64,000 nt of DNA, from contig CAVRAG010000007.1 of the NCBI GenBank assembly GCA_963718895.1, forward strand, positions 544,001 to 608,000. The letters are read 5' to 3'. Positions 18,477 to 27,812 of this stretch are shown in pieces (the stretch's first letter is position 1; each line of letters begins with the position of its first letter). The translations under genes and the position numbers were made by a program. Source of the stretch: an uncultured Nitrososphaerota archaeon. Lineage in GTDB: Archaea; Thermoproteota; Nitrososphaeria; Nitrososphaerales; Gagatemarchaeaceae. The notes under the pieces are model-generated. The model had not been told where the DNA came from. It did no database searches and saw only the letters and a list, made by a program, of their open reading frames with translations.

Positions 18477-18959
18477 TCATATCAGCTTGTAGGACTCCCA
18501 GAACCCGTCCCCCGCGTGGTGGAGGTTCTTTATGGAGACCCCCTTGCTAAGGCCGGCCATCTCTTCGCTCGGGACGCTCGTCCTGCCGACCGCCAGACCG
18601 CGGCCCTTCTTGTCGTCCCGTACGACGACGAGCGCGTCCTTCTCGCCCCACTGGTCGTATCTGACGATCCCCGGTCGCATCACGTCGGCCCCCTTCAGGA
18701 TGTACTTGATCGCCCCTTCATCGATGTAGGCCGACGGGAGGAGCGCGAGCGTCGGCTGGGACCCGACGAACGGGATGATCGAGCCGTCCTTCTCCACGAA
18801 GGTGTGCCTGCCGTCTATCACCAGGAACCTGAAGCCGGGCTGAGGCTCTACGATCTCGACCTGTGATGAGCGCGATACGTCGAGCTTCATCCCAGAGGAA
18901 CTCTGCACCCGTTCGATGTAATCGCGGGAGTCGTGCTTGGATGCGACCTGTCTCTTCAA
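18477..18959 (-). CDS. PUA-domain RNA-binding protein (MCT-1/Tma20-like)
   Basis: IDEGAIKYILKGADVMRPGI and KGVSIKNLHHAGD. Confidence 0.88.
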   Translation of the reverse strand: MKRQVASKHDSRDYIERVQSSSGMKLDVSRSSQVEIVEPQPGFRFLVIDGRHTFVEKDGSIIPFVGSQPTLALLPSAYIDEGAIKYILKGADVMRPGIVRYDQWGEKDALVVVRDDKKGRGLAVGRTSVPSEEMAGLSKGVSIKNLHHAGDGFWESYKLI

Positions 18960-19030
18960 GCTCGGCGCGCGTTACCCATCAGTTTAATAAAGCCACTCTC
19001 GAAAGCCACGAAGCAATCAGTGATACCCTA

Positions 19031-19261
19031 GTGTCCGTCGATATGGCAATCAAGGTGCTCGACCAGAGCCTCGGGAAGGTCGTACTGATCAAGCTGAAGG
19101 GCAGCAAGATCATCCGGGGTTCCCTCCAGGGATTCGATCAGCACATGAACCTCTCCCTCGAGAACGCGGAGGAGGTCTCGGAGGACGGCACCTCGACGAC
19201 CCTCGGCACGCTCATCGTCCGGGGGGACAACATAATCATGATCTCCCCTCCTCCCGGTTAG
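19031..19261 (+). CDS. Sm/Lsm-like archaeal protein
   Basis: VLIKLKG..IRGSLQGFDQHMNL..IVRGDNIIMISP; GTG start at 19031. Confidence 0.95.
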   Translation: MSVDMAIKVLDQSLGKVVLIKLKGSKIIRGSLQGFDQHMNLSLENAEEVSEDGTSTTLGTLIVRGDNIIMISPPPG

Positions 19262-19345
19262 CTCAAACTTAATATTCTCAGCAATGGCTCGTCGCGAGCG
19301 CATGATGCCATACCCATCTTTACTCATCGGAGCGGGGTTGGACTC

Positions 19346-20056
19346 TTGTCGCTAGACCCAGCCACGCTTGCGGTCGGCATCGCCGGCGGCGCGGCCGCCG
19401 GCCTCGTCGTCTCGTACTTCGTCTTCTACCGCAGGGGAGGCAGGACCAAGGTTCAGGTAATCCAGCGCGACGAGGCGGGCCAGATGAGGAGGAAGACCGT
19501 CACCGTCGACGAGCTCGATGGCTCGAAGAGGGAGATGCGGACGCTCATGCTCGAGAGGGACCTGCTCTCATCGGCCTTGACCAAGGTCTACGAGGCAGAG
19601 AGCGACGGTCAGATAACGAGAGAGGAGAGGGAGCTGATCGCGAGGAAGTACAGTTCCCAGATAAGGGATTTCGAGGCTAAGCTGAGAGACAAGGAGCTGA
19701 TCGTGGAGGTGGGAGAGCTCGAGAGGCTGAGGGACGAGCTCGTCTCCCTCTTCAGGGAGAAGATCCAGAACATCGAGTCGCGCCTGGACCAGGCCAAGGA
19801 GAGGCTGCAGCCGATGAGGCAGGAGCTCCGGGCAGAACTCAGGCCTGAACTCAGGCAGGAGCAGCCCAGGTCCGCGCGGGTCACCTCGTCGATCGCCCAG
19901 ACCGAGGACCTGGAGAGGGTCGTCGAGAGGAAGGCGCCGGTCAAGAAGGACGACACCGAGGGTGAGAAGAGGGTCAAGGCCCTCCGCGATGAAGTGATGG
20001 ATGCGCTCGCTGAACTAGAGCAGATCGACACGAGGAAAGAGAACGAGACCGCTTGA
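19346..20056 (+). CDS. membrane-anchored coiled-coil hypothetical protein
   Basis: N-terminal transmembrane helix, then charged heptads; host-like codon usage. Confidence 0.75.
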   Translation: MSLDPATLAVGIAGGAAAGLVVSYFVFYRRGGRTKVQVIQRDEAGQMRRKTVTVDELDGSKREMRTLMLERDLLSSALTKVYEAESDGQITREERELIARKYSSQIRDFEAKLRDKELIVEVGELERLRDELVSLFREKIQNIESRLDQAKERLQPMRQELRAELRPELRQEQPRSARVTSSIAQTEDLERVVERKAPVKKDDTEGEKRVKALRDEVMDALAELEQIDTRKENETA

Positions 20057-20748
20057 AGGACCGCAGGGCGGAGAGCCTGGAGAAGATAGGGAAGGCGATA
20101 TCCTCTGAGATTGCCCGTGGCGCGCTGGTGGGTCTGGGCAGCGGGTCCACGATGGCGAGCCTCGTCCCGGTCATAGTCACCGGGCTCAGGGAGAGAAGGG
20201 TGAGACCGCGCTGGGTTCCAACTTCACTGCAGATTCAACTGGTCGCCCAGGGGCTGGGCCAGGAGATAGCTGCGATCGATAGGCCTGTCCTGGACCTCGT
20301 CGTGGACGGCGCCGACCAGATAGACGCTGACCTTAACCTGGTCAAGGGGGGCGGAGGCGCGCTCTTCAGGGAGAAGGTCGTCATCGGGAGCTCTCGGAGG
20401 ACGATGATCGTCGCCGACGAGAGGAAGCTCGCTGAGAGGCTCTGCAGCGGAGGGGTGAAGATTCCGGTCGAGGCACACCCGTTCGCGAGGGTCCCCGTCG
20501 CCGAGAGGCTCCGCCTGCTCGGAGGCGATCCGAAGATTAGACTCGGGGAGAGGGGCTTCCCATTCTACACAGAGAACGGGAACATCTTGTTCGATGTGGG
20601 CTTCGAGCCCATCGAGAGGCCCTCGGTACTCGAGCGCGAGCTAAAGTCGATAGCGGGAGTCGTCGAGTCAGGGATCTTCACGCCGAACCCGGTCGAGGTC
20701 TACGTCATACAGCAGGACGGCGGGTACAGGGTCCTGAAGAAGGACTAG
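20053..20748 (+). CDS. rpiA: ribose-5-phosphate isomerase A
   Basis: GLGSGST, VDGADQID, KGGGGALFREK and GVVESGIF. Confidence 0.95.
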   Translation: MKDRRAESLEKIGKAISSEIARGALVGLGSGSTMASLVPVIVTGLRERRVRPRWVPTSLQIQLVAQGLGQEIAAIDRPVLDLVVDGADQIDADLNLVKGGGGALFREKVVIGSSRRTMIVADERKLAERLCSGGVKIPVEAHPFARVPVAERLRLLGGDPKIRLGERGFPFYTENGNILFDVGFEPIERPSVLERELKSIAGVVESGIFTPNPVEVYVIQQDGGYRVLKKD

Positions 20749-20831
20749 TCCCAGGACAGCCCGTCTTCCGCGTGAGACGCGCTGGGACAAATTTATAACT
20801 GGGCGGAGGCGACCGGCGCCAGACAACCGCA

Positions 20832-21260
20832 ATGGTTCATGAAGTCGATTATAAGACCAAGGCCATAGACCCGAACTTCCTCCAGAAGCCCGACGAGTTC
20901 CCCGTGACTGGTACGCACGCGGGCCACACGGTCAGGGCCGCGGGCAAGGCGCGGCCCGATGCCGACGGCAAGCCATACCCTACCACCAACGGCATCCACG
21001 GGACGGCCGTTGCGGTGGACTTCGAGGCCTGCATAGCCGACGGGGTGTGCATGGACGTCTGTCCCGTCTTCGTGTTCGAGTGGCTCCTCAACCCAGGCCA
21101 GTCAGGGACGGGCAAGGAGAAGATAGTCGACAAGGGGACTCCGGAGTGGGACACCCTCAGGACCGACAAGTCCGACCCTGCAAGAGAAGCAGACTGCATA
21201 TTTTGCATGGCCTGTGAGACTAGCTGCCCAACGCTCTCAATAAAAATCTCGCAACCTTAA
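20832..21260 (+). CDS. zfx: zinc-containing dicluster ferredoxin
   Basis: N-terminal His ligands (HAGH, GIHG), CIADGVCMDVCP and CIFCMACETSCP. Confidence 0.85.
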   Translation: MVHEVDYKTKAIDPNFLQKPDEFPVTGTHAGHTVRAAGKARPDADGKPYPTTNGIHGTAVAVDFEACIADGVCMDVCPVFVFEWLLNPGQSGTGKEKIVDKGTPEWDTLRTDKSDPAREADCIFCMACETSCPTLSIKISQP

Positions 21261-21369
21261 GATATTTTCATCTTTGCAGGGGCTATCGCAGGGTAGGGTC
21301 GACGCGCTCTCACTCTCGCCCAGACCAGAGCAATGTCGAACTAGGGAACTAGTTGGTCTGTGAAGTACG

Positions 21370-22922
21370 CTAGGTCGCCGCAGGTCCTGGCGGGGCCGGC
21401 GCCATCCGCCCGTTCTTCGGTCCTCTGAAGGTGTAGTTCTTGCTGACGGCAGCCAGCACGATCACTATCACAGTCAATGCGAGTCCCACCTCGAAGATCA
21501 GGTTGAACGCAGTAGCGGAAGGGAACACCACCCCTGGGACGGCGCGCCCGTTCACGAGCAGGGGAGTCGTGTAGGTCGTCATTATCACGGTCGCGACCAC
21601 AGGCCCGATGGCGCCTCCGAGGTTCCTGAGCATCGTGTTGATGCCGAGCCCAACCGCTATGGTATCGCGGGGCAGCGACACGGAGATCATGTTGACGATG
21701 GGGATTATTGTGCAGACGACGCCTATGAGCGAGAAGACGATGTCGACCGTGAGGTCCATGGTGGTCCCCCTGTGCAAGATGAACAGCACCAGGCCCACTA
21801 TCATCGCGCCGGCGCTCACGAAGAGTATGGGCTTGGGCCCCTGCCTGGCCACCATCCTTCCCGCGAACGGGCCCACGACGAGCATCGCCAGCGTCGCAGG
21901 GGCCATCGTCAGCCCTGTCGCGATTATCCCGAGGCCGAACCCGAACGGCTTCGGAAGCTCGGCGTAGTAGACGACGGCGAAGAAGACGAGGAACATGACG
22001 AACCCCCGAGACGATGCCGATTAGGTTCGCCACCAGGACGTTCCTTATCCGGAGGAGGTCCAGGCGGATGAGCGGTTCTGGTCTGCTCCTCTCGAAGACG
22101 AAGAAGAGGGCAGTCAGGGCGGCACCGGGAAGCAGGAAGGCGAGTTCCTCAGCGGCCAGCCAGCCCAGCGTGGGTCCCTCGGTCGCGTAGATGAGGAGGA
22201 GCGTGACTCCGGACATGAGGATCAGGGCCCCGAGATAGTCGATCTTCCCTTTCGGTCCGGGCGTATCGCGCTTTATGACCCTCCAGACGAGAACGAAGAG
22301 GACGATGCTCAGGACGAACGCGCTGTGGAATGCGTACTGCCAGCCCAGGTCCTGGACGACGTAGGAGCCAATTATCAGTCCGGCGGCCGCGCCTATCGCA
22401 AACGTCCCGCTTATGACTCCCTGCGCGCGGTGCGATCTTCTCGCGCGGGAAGGTGTCGGTGATGATGGCGATGGATAGCGGGACTATGGCGAACCCTACC
22501 CCCTGGACCGCCCTCGAGAATAGCAGGAAGTATATCGAGGGCGAGAAGCCCGCGATTCCGACCCCGAACGTGTAGAACGTGAGGGAGACCAGGACCATCC
22601 TCTTCTTCCCGTAGGCATCCCCCAGCTTCCCGAAGAGAGGCGCGACTGCGCTCCCGACGATTAGGAAGGCCGAGGTTATCCAGGAGGCTATGGTGGATGT
22701 GGTCGCGAAGTCCTTCTGGATGACTGGCACGCCTGGGATGACCATCGTCTCGACGTAGTTGACGAGCAGAGCGACCGCAGTGACCGTGACGAGGACCTTC
22801 GTGGCGTATCGTGAGTCCCGGACGGGCGCATCACCGGTCCTCTCTGCCCCGGATTCCGTCAGCGGAGATACGGAGCCCGAGGGACTCGACATGCCCGACG
22901 GTCTGGCGCTGGCGCTTGCCAT
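21370..22922 (-). CDS. MFS transporter (DHA2-like), two single-base frameshifts at about 22425 and 22005
   Basis: GKLGDAYGKKR and SRAVQGVG; three ORF pieces join into one 14-TM-type permease. Confidence 0.85.
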
Positions 22923-23011
22923 TTAACTCAGGCGGTGCCTTCTCCTCGTAGGGTGGGCATCGTCACTCCCGCCAGCTTGATTAACGGTGCGACACCGCTT
23001 GCCGGGCGGCC

Positions 23012-23320
23012 GTGGCCGCGAGAGGAACCAGGAAGGGGTCGGAGACCGTGGAGGGCAACTGCGTGGTGTGCAACACGAGGACACGCCACGTCATCCGGTC
23101 CGCGGGCGAGCGGAACGAATACTTCGAGTGCATGGAATGCGGGAACAGGGTGGACGTCAAGGCCTTCGTGTATGACAATCTGGACGCCCTATCTTCGCCT
23201 GACCGGGATAGTCCCATCACTGCCCCCACGACGACTCCCCACTCGAGGAGTACCCGCCCGGGAACCTCGACCCACCCTCCGCGGGCTCGATCCCGCACTC
23301 GGGGCAGACGGACTTTTTGA
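23012..23320 (+). CDS. small zinc-ribbon protein; true end probably near 23203
   Basis: CVVC..H..CMEC; the tail after YDNLDA is low-complexity and overlaps the opposite-strand ORF. Confidence 0.5.
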   Translation: MAARGTRKGSETVEGNCVVCNTRTRHVIRSAGERNEYFECMECGNRVDVKAFVYDNLDALSSPDRDSPITAPTTTPHSRSTRPGTSTHPPRARSRTRGRRTF

Positions 23321-23458
23321 ATATCCAGCCCACCCTCTTCTGGCAGCAGCTGTCACAGTAGAGGTTCCTGCACCTGTGGCACTGCCACGGCGTGGGGTGT
23401 CTGAAACCCCGACCCCCTTCTTGCACCTGACGCAGTAACCGCGAAGAATCGCACCAAG
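23217..23458 (-). pseudogene. small 8-Cys zinc-finger protein, frameshifted
   Basis: CVRC in one frame, then CHRC, CDSC and CPEC in another. Confidence 0.5.
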
Positions 23459-23583
23459 AGCAATGGATGGCGTGTAAGCCCCAATGACCGGAGGAGAGCG
23501 ACGGCGATTCTGCGAGCAGGAACTGCGGACCTGCGGCCGCGAGAAAGGGATTTAACTGAAGCTTGGTCGGTCCTACGACTGCC

Positions 23584-23976
23584 TTGGAAGAAGACGCCGA
23601 GCTCCGGAGGATCAACGCGAAGAAGATGGCCCAGCTGAAGAGGAGGGTCGAGATAGCTACCGCTCCGAAGCCGCAGGAGAAGTCGAACAGGGAGGCAGTG
23701 ATGGAGAGCCTCTACGACAGGGGAGACGAGGTGCTCCAGACGGCTTACTCTTACTACCCAAAGGAGACCCCCATCGTCGTTGACTACCTGGCGAAGTACA
23801 TCAAGGAGCACAAAGAGACCGAGAAAATAAGCGGAGGCGAACTGCTGGCAATCTTCAGGTCCCTCGGCCTCAGGTTCAGCCTGAAGACGTCGATAAAGGT
23901 CCAGGAGAAGGGCAAGTTCGTCGACCTCAAGGACAAATTCAAATTCAACAGGGAAGCTGAGCAAGTTGGAGAATGA
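23584..23976 (+). CDS. PDCD5-like / double-stranded DNA-binding family protein
   Basis: EEDAELRRINAKKMAQL, LYDRGDEVL and ISGGELLAIFRSLGL; TTG at 23584 about 26 nt after a TATA. Confidence 0.7.
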   Translation: MEEDAELRRINAKKMAQLKRRVEIATAPKPQEKSNREAVMESLYDRGDEVLQTAYSYYPKETPIVVDYLAKYIKEHKETEKISGGELLAIFRSLGLRFSLKTSIKVQEKGKFVDLKDKFKFNREAEQVGE

Positions 23977-24739
23977 GCAGGGAGAGGTAGCCCTGCGTAC
24001 CCTCTACGAGCCCAAGGTGAAGAGCCCCATCCTGGTCTGCGGGCTACCCGGGAGCGGCTACGTCGGGAAGCTTGCTGTCGACCAGCTGATAGAGTCCTTC
24101 AAGGGCGAGCTCTTCGAGGAGTTCTACTCCGGAAGCTTCCCGCCTCACGCGAACGTGGACGACCAAGGCGTGGGCCGGTCGATTAGGGGCGAGCTCTACC
24201 ACTGCGAGACAGGGCAGCGCAACGACCTACTGATCTTCACCGCCGATGCCCAGCCGACCACGTCCGAGGGAGAGTACGAACTCTCAGAGGTCGTCCTCAG
24301 GGCCGCGATGAGGCGGGGAGCGACGGCGGTCTTCTCGTTGGCGGCGTACATCACGGGGGCGTTTACCGCGGAGCAGCGCGTCTTCGGCGCGGCGACCTCG
24401 CAGGAGCTGCTATCGGAACTTACGGAGAACGGGGTGAGGGCGATGAGGGAGGGAGGGATAAGCGGGATGAACGGGATAATCATAGCGACGGCCGGACTGC
24501 TGGGACTGGACGGCGCTTGCCTGCTTGGGGAGACCTCAGGGTACCTTGTCGACCCCGTCGCATCGCAGGTGGTTCTGGAGGCGCTCTCACGGGTTCTGAA
24601 GCTCAACATCGACCTCCGCGCCCTCAAGGACAGGGCCGTAGAAGCCAAGGAGCTGATGGGCCAGATACAGAGCATGACCGAGAAAGGCGGTGACCCGCGC
24701 GGCGCCATCCGCTCGGGACAGCCTGGCTACATCGGCTAG
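23966..24739 (+). CDS. PAC2-family proteasome assembly chaperone
   Basis: GLPGSGYVGKL, ISGMNG and CLLGETSGYLVDP. Confidence 0.9.
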   Translation: MENEQGEVALRTLYEPKVKSPILVCGLPGSGYVGKLAVDQLIESFKGELFEEFYSGSFPPHANVDDQGVGRSIRGELYHCETGQRNDLLIFTADAQPTTSEGEYELSEVVLRAAMRRGATAVFSLAAYITGAFTAEQRVFGAATSQELLSELTENGVRAMREGGISGMNGIIIATAGLLGLDGACLLGETSGYLVDPVASQVVLEALSRVLKLNIDLRALKDRAVEAKELMGQIQSMTEKGGDPRGAIRSGQPGYIG

Positions 24740-24741
24740 TC

Positions 24742-24876
24742 TCAAGAAGACCCGCTCTTTGACAAGAGAAAGGCTCGGCCGGGCGGCGGGGTCCGGTTCC
24801 AAAGGCGAACATGAGACCCAAGCCACCATATCGCCGAGACGATGTGAAGCCAGGCGAGGACACCTGTTACCAGCAA
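24742..24876 (-). pseudogene. remnant of a membrane protein (WLHIVSAIWWLG, CopD/DUF2269-like first helix)
   Basis: LLVTGVLAWLHIVSAIWWLG continues as LMFAFGTGP only after a frame change, then decays. Confidence 0.4.
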
Positions 24877-24912
24877 ACTCTAACGCAACAAGGTTCAGAT
24901 CAGATAGAAATT

Positions 24913-25015
24913 GGCGGGGGTGTAGCCGTCGGACAGAGCTTCCGCCTCGGGGAACAGGTTCCACGCGCCCTGCGGTAGCCGTCAATCCTGGATGGCCTGC
25001 ACACCTTCGCGGCTC
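24913..25015 (+). ncRNA. candidate structured RNA of about 100 nt, convergent with rtcB
   Basis: Closing helix GCGGGGGTGT/ACACCTTCGC, then GCCGTC/GATGGC; G-U pairs favour the + strand. Confidence 0.3.
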
Positions 25016-25018
25016 GCC

Positions 25019-26476
25019 CTAACCCTTGATGTTCCCGATCGGCCTCAGGGCAGCGACCTTCAGCGAGATACCTGCCGAGTCCATGGTCTCGACGACTTCC
25101 GAGATGTCCTTGTAGGCCAGGCCCGCCTCCTCGGCGAGCCCGTCGTAGGTAGCTGCCTTCACGTAGATGCCCTTCTTCTCCATGCTCTTCTGGAGGGCCT
25201 CGCCGTTGACCTCCCTCCTCGCCGCGGTCCTGGACATCGTCCTCCCCGAGCCGTGCGCCGTAGACCCGAAGGTGTCGGTCATCGCCTTTGCCGTGCCGAG
25301 CAGCAGGTACGAGCCAGTCTCCATCGAGCCGCCTATGATGACGGGCTGGCCGATCTGACGGTAGGGAGCGGGGATGTCCTGGTGGCCGGGGCCGAAGCTC
25401 CTCGTCGCCCCCTTCCTGTGGACCACGAGCTCCCTGGTTGCCCCGTCGAGTGCGTGCTTCTCCACCTTGGCGATGTTGTGACAGACGTCGTAGATGATGT
25501 GCATGTCGAGCGCCTCGGGGTCTCGATGGAAGACCTTCTGGAACGCCTCCCTGACACGGTGGACTATGACCTGGCGGTTCGCGAAGGCCATGTTCGCCGC
25601 GCAGGCCATCGCGCCGTAGTAGTCCTGCCCCTCGTTCGATGAGAACGGCGCGCACGCCAGCTCCCTGTCCCTCACCTCAATGCCGTATCGCTTCATCGCG
25701 CCGTCGAAGACCCTGAGATAATCAGACCCAATCTGGTGTCCGAATCCTCTGGACCCGCAGTGGATCATGACGACGACCTGATCGTCGTGGACCAGCCCGA
25801 AGTTCTTCCCCATCTTTGCGTCGAAGAACCGGACCGGGTCGACGACCTGTATCTCCAGGTAGTGGTTGCCTGAGCCGAGCGTCCCGAGCTGCTGGATCCC
25901 ACGGCTCGATGCCTGCCTGCTGACCTTCGCGGGGTTCGAGCCCTTGATGAAGCCGCCCTCCTCCACCATCTTCGCGTCCTCTTCCCAGCCGTATCCGTTC
26001 TCGCCGCACCACTTGACCCCCCAGCGCATGACGTCCTCGAAGCTGGACTGGTTGACCTTCACGAAGCCCTTGACACCCACTCCGGTCGGGACGAGCTGGA
26101 AAAGGAGGTCTACAAGCTCCTTGACCTTAGGCTTGACCTCCTTTAGCCGTAGATTCGTCCTAATGAGCCGCATACCGCAATTTATGTCAAATCCGATTCC
26201 GCCAGGCGAAATAACTCCCATTTCGGGGTCGAAAGCCGCAACGCCGCCTATCGGGAACCCGTATCCCCAGTGGGCGTCAGCCATGGCGTAGGAGTACCGC
26301 TGGATCCCCGGAAGCGACGCTACGTTCGTGACCTGCTCGATTACTCCCTGGTCCATCCCCTCGAGCAGCTTCTTGGTCGCATAGATGCGCGCGGGCACCC
26401 TCATCCCTTCCTTGAAGCTCGTCGGGATCTCCCAGACGACCTCTGAGACCTGCTTGGTTTGTGGGGGCACTGGCAT
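25019..26476 (-). CDS. rtcB: tRNA-splicing ligase RtcB (intein-free)
   Basis: DAHWGYGFPIG, GFDINCG, GSGNHYLE, HCGSRG, HRKGAT and HGSGR. Confidence 0.97.
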   Translation of the reverse strand: MPVPPQTKQVSEVVWEIPTSFKEGMRVPARIYATKKLLEGMDQGVIEQVTNVASLPGIQRYSYAMADAHWGYGFPIGGVAAFDPEMGVISPGGIGFDINCGMRLIRTNLRLKEVKPKVKELVDLLFQLVPTGVGVKGFVKVNQSSFEDVMRWGVKWCGENGYGWEEDAKMVEEGGFIKGSNPAKVSRQASSRGIQQLGTLGSGNHYLEIQVVDPVRFFDAKMGKNFGLVHDDQVVVMIHCGSRGFGHQIGSDYLRVFDGAMKRYGIEVRDRELACAPFSSNEGQDYYGAMACAANMAFANRQVIVHRVREAFQKVFHRDPEALDMHIIYDVCHNIAKVEKHALDGATRELVVHRKGATRSFGPGHQDIPAPYRQIGQPVIIGGSMETGSYLLLGTAKAMTDTFGSTAHGSGRTMSRTAARREVNGEALQKSMEKKGIYVKAATYDGLAEEAGLAYKDISEVVETMDSAGISLKVAALRPIGNIKG

Positions 26477-26536
26477 CTGGATCGACTGGACTTGGTCTCG
26501 ACGCCTCCGGAGGGACTTTAAGTCTTTGTCGGGCGA

Positions 26537-26968
26537 TCAGATGTCCAGCACGACGGTGGCCTTCCACCAGTCATCCTGATGCTTCACTCCGAACATGTAC
26601 ATCGTCACGGCCTTGACGTCGTTCCTTAGCCGATGGCGCTCTCTGTCGATGGTCTCTCCTCTCATCTTGCAGACCAGGCTGCGCCCGTTCTGCGAGAGAT
26701 GCAGCTCGAAGGTCTTGAAGAGGAGCGAGTCCACGTCCTTGAGGACGATCAGTTCGGTAAGAAAGTCATAGAGGAGCCCGTCGATGTCACCGGTCTCAAT
26801 CTTCACCTCTCTCTGAATCGCAGGTCGCAGACTCCTCCGGTCCACCATCACGTCGGTGAGGGCCCTGGCGCAGGACTCGAAGAGCTCCTCCCTAGAGTCA
26901 CCCCTAGCGGCGAAGGCGACGTCTGCGAGTGCGACGTTCGGGAGGAAGCGGTAGGAGGGTCTCTTCAA
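26537..26968 (-). CDS. archease
   Basis: ADVAF..LFE..DVKAVTMY..VVLDI; directly upstream of rtcB. Confidence 0.92.
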   Translation of the reverse strand: MKRPSYRFLPNVALADVAFAARGDSREELFESCARALTDVMVDRRSLRPAIQREVKIETGDIDGLLYDFLTELIVLKDVDSLLFKTFELHLSQNGRSLVCKMRGETIDRERHRLRNDVKAVTMYMFGVKHQDDWWKATVVLDI

Positions 26969-26994
26969 GAACGGAAGAGGGCGCGTCCACTCCC

Positions 26995-27000
26995 TTTAAA
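26995..27000. promoter_or_regulatory. palindromic TTTAAA TATA box shared by the divergent archease and lplA genes
   Basis: Only TATA-like box in the 55-bp spacer; 26 nt from the archease TTG and 23 nt from the lplA TTG. Confidence 0.6.
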
Positions 27001-27023
27001 GATGCGGCGGGTGAGAAATTCTT

Positions 27024-27812
27024 TTGAGGATGTTTACCTCGGAGACGAGCCCCTTGGTGTCGAGGCTCATCATTGACGGAGCCGAAGGAGCCCCCGCGAA
27101 CCTTGCGCTCGAGGAGGCGTTGCTGCGGGAGAACAGTGGGCTGGTGCTCCGGCTCTGGAACAACGAGAGGTCGGTCATAATCGGGAGGGCGCAGCTCGCG
27201 CGCTTCGAGACCGACGTCGACAGGTGCACGGCAGGTGGGATTCCCGTAGTTAGGAGGGTGACTGCGGGCGGGGCGATATACAACGGCCCCGGGAACATCA
27301 ACTGGTCACTCTTCGTGGGCAGGGAGTTCGGCGAAGGGAGCATCAGATACCTCTGGGGCGTCCGCGAGGTATTCAGGATGGCGGCCGACCTGGTCGTGAG
27401 GGCCGCTGGCTCCTGCGGGGTCAGAGTCTGGCTGGACGAGCCCAACAGGATCCTCTCAGCCGAGGGGAAGGTCAGCGGCATGGCAGCTTACCTCTCCAGG
27501 GGAGGGTTGCTCTGCCACGGCACGCTGCTCCTCGGGGCGGACCTTGACGAGGCTGATTCGCTGACCAGGCCGTCAGAGGCGCTGCTCGAAAGGAGATACA
27601 CGAGGTCCAAGGCGATGAAGGTGGCGAACACCGGGATCACGTCAGATGCATTTATCGCCTCGATGCAGAGTGTGGTTGAGGAGGAGATTAAGGGGGGGAT
27701 TGAGCCCGAGCAGCCCAGCGAATCGGAACGCCGGACGGCGGAGTCACTGCTACCGAAGTACAAGGACCCGGCCTGGAACCTCGGTGATCCGTTCGAGTGG
27801 AGATCAGGTTGA
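27024..27812 (+). CDS. lplA: lipoate-protein ligase A, catalytic domain
   Basis: NLALEEAL, VRRVTAGGAIY, GKVSG and HGTLL. Confidence 0.88.
   Translation: MRMFTSETSPLVSRLIIDGAEGAPANLALEEALLRENSGLVLRLWNNERSVIIGRAQLARFETDVDRCTAGGIPVVRRVTAGGAIYNGPGNINWSLFVGREFGEGSIRYLWGVREVFRMAADLVVRAAGSCGVRVWLDEPNRILSAEGKVSGMAAYLSRGGLLCHGTLLLGADLDEADSLTRPSEALLERRYTRSKAMKVANTGITSDAFIASMQSVVEEEIKGGIEPEQPSESERRTAESLLPKYKDPAWNLGDPFEWRSG

Noticed and set aside
19822-19860. ELRA-ELRP-ELRQ 12-nt tandem repeat; also the 10-mer triplet near 14527-14558
   Set aside because: Short degenerate repeats without spacers; not a CRISPR or guide array
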